NCBI GenBank assembly: GCA_046597055.1
Contig: JBKJLC010000059.1
Span: 1-33,818 of the forward strand
Length of the DNA stretch: 33,818 nt
Origin: Kofleriaceae bacterium
GTDB taxonomy: Bacteria > Myxococcota_A > Polyangia > Haliangiales > Haliangiaceae
Direction of reading: 5' to 3'
Shown: positions 28,009-33,818 of the stretch, piece by piece
Position numbering within the stretch: position 1 is the first letter of the stretch
How the letters are laid out: each line of letters begins with the position of its first letter
Translations under genes and position numbers: made by a program
Notes under the pieces: model-generated
Database searches by the model: none
Told to the model about the DNA's origin: nothing
Seen by the model: only the letters and a program-made list of their open reading frames with translations

Positions 28009-30010
28009 GCGTACAGTCAGCCGCGACCGGATCGAGCTGGTCGGCGGCGTCGATGCCGGCCGGGCGCTCGCCGACCACCCGGTCGATCGCGGTCAGGCCG
28101 GCCATCGCCATCGCCGTGGTGGCGGCGGCGGCGAGCTGGCCGGGTCCCGCCAGGCTCCAGCCGGCCACCCGGATCCGGCCGGGCGCGCTCGCCAGCAGCA
28201 CGGCCGCGGCGCCTTCACTGGCGCCGTCGACGACCGGGCCCGGCGGCAGCTCGTCGAGGCCGGCGGCCAGCACGCGGTCGCAGTCGCCGCCGCTCGCCAG
28301 CAGCTCGGCGGCGTACGCGATCGCGAACAGGCCCGACGCGGGGCCGGCCGACACCGTGCTGTGGGCGCCGCGCAGACCGTGCAGCTTGGCGCAGGTCCCG
28401 GCCGGGGCGTTGAGGACCATGCGCGAGAACCGGTTGGCCGACAGACCGCGGTACCCGTGCTCCTCGATCGTGCGGTTCAGCGCGGCCTCGACCTGGGGCG
28501 ACGGCACGGTGACGCCGACCACCAGCCCGGTGCGATCGCGGGCGTCGCCGCGCACGCGCACGCCCGCGTCGGCGAGCGCCAGCGCCGCCACGCCGGTCAG
28601 GTAGCAGGTGCACGGGTCGAGCCCACGCGGGTCCACCGAGGGCATCACGTCCTCGATCCGGAACCCGGCGACCCGGCCGCGCACCTCGGTGGTGCGCAGC
28701 CGGTCGAGCCCGATCCCGTGGGGGCCGATCGCGCCGAGGCCGGCGAGGAACACCGGCCGCCGCGGCGCGGTCGGGTCCGCGTGGTCGGCGCGTCCGATCA
28801 CGATCGCGCAGTTGGCGCCGCCGAACGCGGAGTTGGTGCAGACCGCGCGGTCGCAGCGCGCCGGGCGCGGGGTGTCCTGACCGACCGCGTCGGGCGGGCT
28901 GTTGGGCCGGGGCACCGTGAACCGCTGGGTCGCCGGGATCGCGCCGCGCTCGAGCGCGACCAGGGTGGCGATGGTCTCGAGCACGCCGGCCGAGCCCTGG
29001 GCGTGGCCGAGGAAGCTCTTGCTCGCGCGGATCGGGAGCGCCTCGGCGCGGCGGCCGAACACGGGCTGGAGCGCGCGCCACTCGGCCGGATCGTTGGCGC
29101 GGGTGCCGGTGCCGTGGGCGTTGACGTAGTCGACCTGGTCGGGCGTCACCCCCGCGTGATCGAGCGCGGCGCGGATCGCGCGGGCGACGCCGGCGCCGGT
29201 CGGGTCGGGGCCGGTGTCGTGGAAGCCGTCGGCCGACAGGCCGTAGCCGAGCACGGCGAACGCCGCGGTCGCCCCGCGCGCCCGCGCGTCGGCGCGCCGC
29301 TCGAGCACCAGGAAGTCGGCGCCCTCACCGAGCGTGGTCCCGGCCGGCTCGCTGAACGGGGCGCGCTTGTCCGGCGTCAGCACGCCGAGCGCGGTGAAGC
29401 CGGCGAGCACCAGCGGGGTCAGCACGTCGGCGCCGCCGGCGATCACCACGTCGGCGGCGCCGGTCCGCAGCAGATCGAGCGCGAGCCCGAGCGCGTTGGT
29501 CGACGAGCTGCACGCGGTGGTCACCGTGAGCCGCGGCCCGGCCACGCCCAGCGCGTCCCCGAGCTGCTCGGTCATCCGGTAGATCGGGGCCTCGGGATGG
29601 CCGAGGCTGCTGCCCATCACCAGCGCGATCCGCCCGGGCCCGATCCCGGCCAGCCCGGCCTGCGCGCACGCCTCGCGCGCGGCGTCGATCGCGAAGTCGA
29701 GGCAGTGTTGCCAGGTCGGGGGCGCGCTCCCCGCCAGCGGCAGCACCGAGTCGCCGTCGGCCGCCACGATCATCGTCGGCACCGGTCGGGTCCACCCCAG
29801 ATCGAGGACGGCGCGCAGGTGGGGCAGGCCGGCCGCCGGCGCCAGCGCGACCACCGCCGCCACCCGCGGCTCGTCGGCGACCCCGTGCAGCGCGGTCCAG
29901 CCGCCGAAGCTGTGGCCCGACAGGCCGACGCGATGGGTGTCGACCGGCAGGCCGGGCCGGCCGTCGGCGGCGTCGATCACGAGGCGCACGTCGAGCGGTC
30001 GATCGGCCAT
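27950..30010 (-). pseudogene. Chimeric ORF: alpha/beta-hydrolase fragment fused to an N-truncated beta-ketoacyl synthase plus a chain-length-factor-like domain
   Basis: GHSFGG nucleophile elbow, then KS motifs TTACSSS, HGTGT, KSFLGHAQG and NSAFGG, then a Cys-less KS-like domain. The KS N-terminus is absent and the 3' end runs into the convergent gene. Confidence 0.65.
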
Positions 30011-30150
30011 GCTCGCGCGCCAGACGACCCAGGTGGAGATCCAGTGCGACGGCGCGCTGTGGCGCTGATCGGCACGGACTCCGGCTACGAGTTCAACTCG
30101 CTGACGATCATGACGCCGCGCAAGGCGGCTGAGCCGCGCGCGGGCGCCGC

Positions 30151-30954
30151 TCAGTAGCGGTGGACCAGCTGCTCGACCTCGCTGCACGGCCGGCACATCG
30201 CCGACGGCACGCCGGTATTGCGGCGGGTGCGGCCGGCGATGGCCTTGAACACCGGGCCACTCTCCACCTCGTCGCAGCGCAGGCACTCGTTGAGCGTCCC
30301 GTCGGGCAGGTGATACGGCGCGTCGAGCGCGAGCAGGCACGGACCCAGGCAGCGGTCGCGGGTGTGGAGCGTGTTGAAGTACCAGATCTGCGCGCACGGC
30401 TCGGTGAAGCCGAGGTCGCGCAGACACTGGACGTGCTCGGCCGGCGTGCTGGCCGAGTGCATCAGGCCACAGGCGCGGACCGGCTCGGTGAGGTCGGGCG
30501 TCTCGATGTAGACCGCGAGATCGACCAGCGTCGAGCACGCGCCGCACGGTCCGGCGTGGGTCGGCGCGGCGCCCGCGGCCTCGGCCTCGGCGCGGCTGGC
30601 GAAGGTCGCCAGGCGATAGCGACCCGCGGCCGGCTCGTCTCGTAACACCGCGCAGAACGTGCCGTCCGCGATCGGCGGCGCCGGGCTGGTGTACGGGTCG
30701 ACGAGGATCGGCGCGGGTGGCGCCAGCAGCGCCCACGCCCGCAGCGCCGCCAGATCGTCAGCGGTGTAGACCGGCGCCTCGAAGCGGGTGTCTTCGCAGG
30801 CACAGGCCGGCCCGCACTGGTCGGCGCCGAGGCCGGTGCGGGCGTTGGGGGTCCCGAACATCGTCAGCGCGCAGCTCGGCGCGGCATCGCCGCACGCGGC
30901 CGCGCCGACCGCAAAGACCCCGACGACGAGAGCCAGTAGCGCCGACCTCGACAT
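30151..30954 (-). CDS. Cys-rich putative lipoprotein of unknown function
   Basis: Signal peptide MSRSALLALVVGVFAVGAAAC; 16 further cysteines; starts 7 nt after the thiolase stop. Confidence 0.8.
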   Translation of the reverse strand: MSRSALLALVVGVFAVGAAACGDAAPSCALTMFGTPNARTGLGADQCGPACACEDTRFEAPVYTADDLAALRAWALLAPPAPILVDPYTSPAPPIADGTFCAVLRDEPAAGRYRLATFASRAEAEAAGAAPTHAGPCGACSTLVDLAVYIETPDLTEPVRACGLMHSASTPAEHVQCLRDLGFTEPCAQIWYFNTLHTRDRCLGPCLLALDAPYHLPDGTLNECLRCDEVESGPVFKAIAGRTRRNTGVPSAMCRPCSEVEQLVHRY

Positions 30955-30961
30955 GCGGCGG

Positions 30962-32105
<1,144 letters not shown>

Positions 32106-32113
<8 letters not shown>

Positions 32114-33152
32114 GGACTGCTCCTGTGTGCGGGGCGCCGTCGAGGACGGCGGTGGCAATGCGCGCGCGGTGCCAGGCGGCGTCGCCCCAGGCGGCGGCCA
32201 GGCTCCACGCGCGCTTCATCCAGAGGTGGAGGTCGTACTCGAACGAATAGCCGATCGCGCCGTGGCACTGGAGGGCGGTGCGGGCGGCGCGGGTGGCGGC
32301 GTCCGATGCGTAGGCCTTCGCCATCGACACGTGGACCGCGCGGTCGGGCTCGCGGCGGGCCAGCGCGTAGGCGGCGCGGTGGACGCACGGCCGGGCCAGC
32401 TCGAGCGCGACGTGGGCCTCGGCCAGCTGGTGCTTGACCGCCTGGAAGCTGCCGATCGGGCGGCCGAACTGGGTGCGCAGCTTGGCGTAGTCGACGGTCA
32501 TATCGATCAGGCGGCGGGCGACGCCGATCAGCTCGGCGGCGGTGGCGAACGCGCCGCGATCGAAGGCGAGGGCCAGACCGGCCCGGGCCCCGGGCCCGGC
32601 CGCGACCCGGGTCGCCGGGCTCGGCTTCCAGGCGACCCGGGCGAGCTTGCGGGCGCCATCGACCGACGGCTGAGCGATCAGCGTCGTGGCACGTGGCTCG
32701 AGCGCGTGGAGCTCGCCGTCGTGCTCGAGGAGCAGCAGCCCGGCGCGCGCGGCGTCGACCACGAACGGCGCGCCGGCGAGCCCGACCGTGAGGATCACCC
32801 GCCCGGCCGCGGCCGCGCCCAGCCATCGATCGACGAACCCGTCGTCGCAGGTCTCGGCGATCAGCGGGATGGCGACCGCGGTGTGCTCGACCAGCGGCTC
32901 GGGCAAAGCCGCGCGACCGGCCTCTTCGAGCACCAGCGCGAGATCGAGCTCGTCGGAGCCCATGCCGCCGGCGCGCTCGGGCGCGGTCATGCCGACCACG
33001 CCGATCGCGGCCAGGTGCGGCCAGGTCGTCAGCGGTGCCTCGGGGGCCGCGTCCCACGCGGCTCGCACGCGGGTCGGCGGACACGCGCGGGCGAGCAGCT
33101 CGCGCACGACGCGCTGCAGCGCGAGCTGCTCGTCGGAGAAGGCGAACCGCAC
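32106..33152 (-). CDS. Acyl-CoA dehydrogenase subunit, FadE32-like
   Basis: RGAFATAAELIG, RTQFGRPIGSFQAVKH and LQCHGAIG..EYDLHLW motifs; directly follows the fadE31-like gene. Confidence 0.85.
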
Positions 33153-33158
33153 GTCAGG

Positions 33159-33818
33159 TCACTCCTTGGGCAGTCCGAGCAGCCGCTCGGCGACGACGTT
33201 CTTCTGGATCTCGTTGGTGCCGGCGTAGATCGGGCCGGCCAGCGCGAACTGGAAGCCCTTCTGCCACGCGCCGCCCTCGACGGCATCGGGCGCATCCGGC
33301 GCCAGCTCGGCGAGCGGCCCGAGCAACCCGAGCGCGGCCTCGTGCAGCCGCAGGTCGAGCTCGGACCAGGCCAGCTTGGCGATCGACGAGTCGGCCCCGA
33401 TCGCGGTGCCGGCCGCCAGCCGCGTGACCGACTGCAGCGTGAACAGCTGGTACGCACGCGCGTCCATCCACGCCCGGATCACGGCATCGCGCAGCAGCGG
33501 ATCCACCACGTCGCGCGGGGGCGAATCCTGGTTCCGTTCGCCCGGAGCCGGCCCCGCGTCGGGCTGGAGCGAATCCTGGTTCCGTTCGCCCGGAGCCGGC
33601 CCCGAAGGGGCCGTGTCGAAGGGCGCCCCTCGGGATTGATCACAAGTCTTCAGGTGATCGGAAGCGCTCACCTTTCCCGGTGGCCCTGAGTCGGCGCCGA
33701 AGGCGCCGTGTCGAAGGGCAGAGCGCCAAGGTGCCGCACGTGATCTTCGACGGACTGCCCTTCGACGGCGGGCTCGCTTGCGCTCGCCCTGGCTCAGGGC
33801 CACCGGGAAAGATGTGCG
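33159..33818 (-). CDS. Acyl-CoA dehydrogenase, FadE31-like (5' partial), with an in-frame repeat-derived insertion
   Basis: The last ~115 aa (AYQL.T...VTRLAAG..GADSS..K..WSELD; FALAGPIYAGTNEIQKN) resemble FadE31. The frame stays open through the repeats to the window edge. Confidence 0.78.
   Translation of the reverse strand, partial: RTSFPVALSQGERKRARRRRAVRRRSRAAPWRSALRHGAFGADSGPPGKVSASDHLKTCDQSRGAPFDTAPSGPAPGERNQDSLQPDAGPAPGERNQDSPPRDVVDPLLRDAVIRAWMDARAYQLFTLQSVTRLAAGTAIGADSSIAKLAWSELDLRLHEAALGLLGPLAELAPDAPDAVEGGAWQKGFQFALAGPIYAGTNEIQKNVVAERLLGLPKE
33521..33818. repeat. REP/REPIN-like cluster inside the fadE31-like frame
   Basis: 36-bp direct repeat 33521-33556 / 33569-33604; 19-bp inverted repeat 33672-33690 / 33793-33811; 12-bp inverted repeat 33710-33721 / 33755-33766; GTCGAAGGGC units. 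Confidence 0.85.

Noticed and set aside
30058..30115. Plus-strand peptide LIGTDSGYEFN resembling a DDE integrase DNGxEF motif
   Set aside because: Too short and degenerate, with no other transposase motifs or terminal repeats.
30011..30736. N-terminal 242 aa of the 928-aa KS ORF
   Set aside because: Mostly overlaps the Cys-rich lipoprotein in another frame and is Arg-rich and low-complexity.
33521..33604. Two 36-bp direct repeats as a CRISPR array
   Set aside because: Only two copies with a 12-bp spacer and no cas genes; the unit belongs to the REP-like family.

Overview
This is a GC-rich bacterial window; a Myxococcota-like origin is inferred from gene content, not proven. It has four parts. 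(1) 1-5.3 kb: a translationally coupled kaiC-kaiB-multi-PAS hybrid kinase operon, with no kaiA in the window. (2) 5.4-9.7 kb: a dimethylargininase gene whose promoter and first ~15 codons are duplicated 3,551 bp away, bracketing three two-component genes. (3) 9.7-17.3 kb: recQ, selO, a frameshifted lipoprotein, a methyltransferase, an acyltransferase, a stress protein, a 26-aa membrane peptide missed by the ORF track, and yaeQ. (4) 17.5-33.8 kb: a steroid catabolic cluster (echA19-like, CYP125-like, hsaA-C-D-E-G-F, an acyl-CoA dehydrogenase pair, and convergent fadE31/fadE32/fadA6-like genes) with two perfect KstR-type operators. The cluster also holds a Cys-rich lipoprotein, a chimeric hydrolase/KS-CLF remnant, and palindromic REP-like repeats, one array of which sits in frame inside the fadE31-like gene. 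Family assignments come from motif recognition and recalled homologs; no database searches were run.
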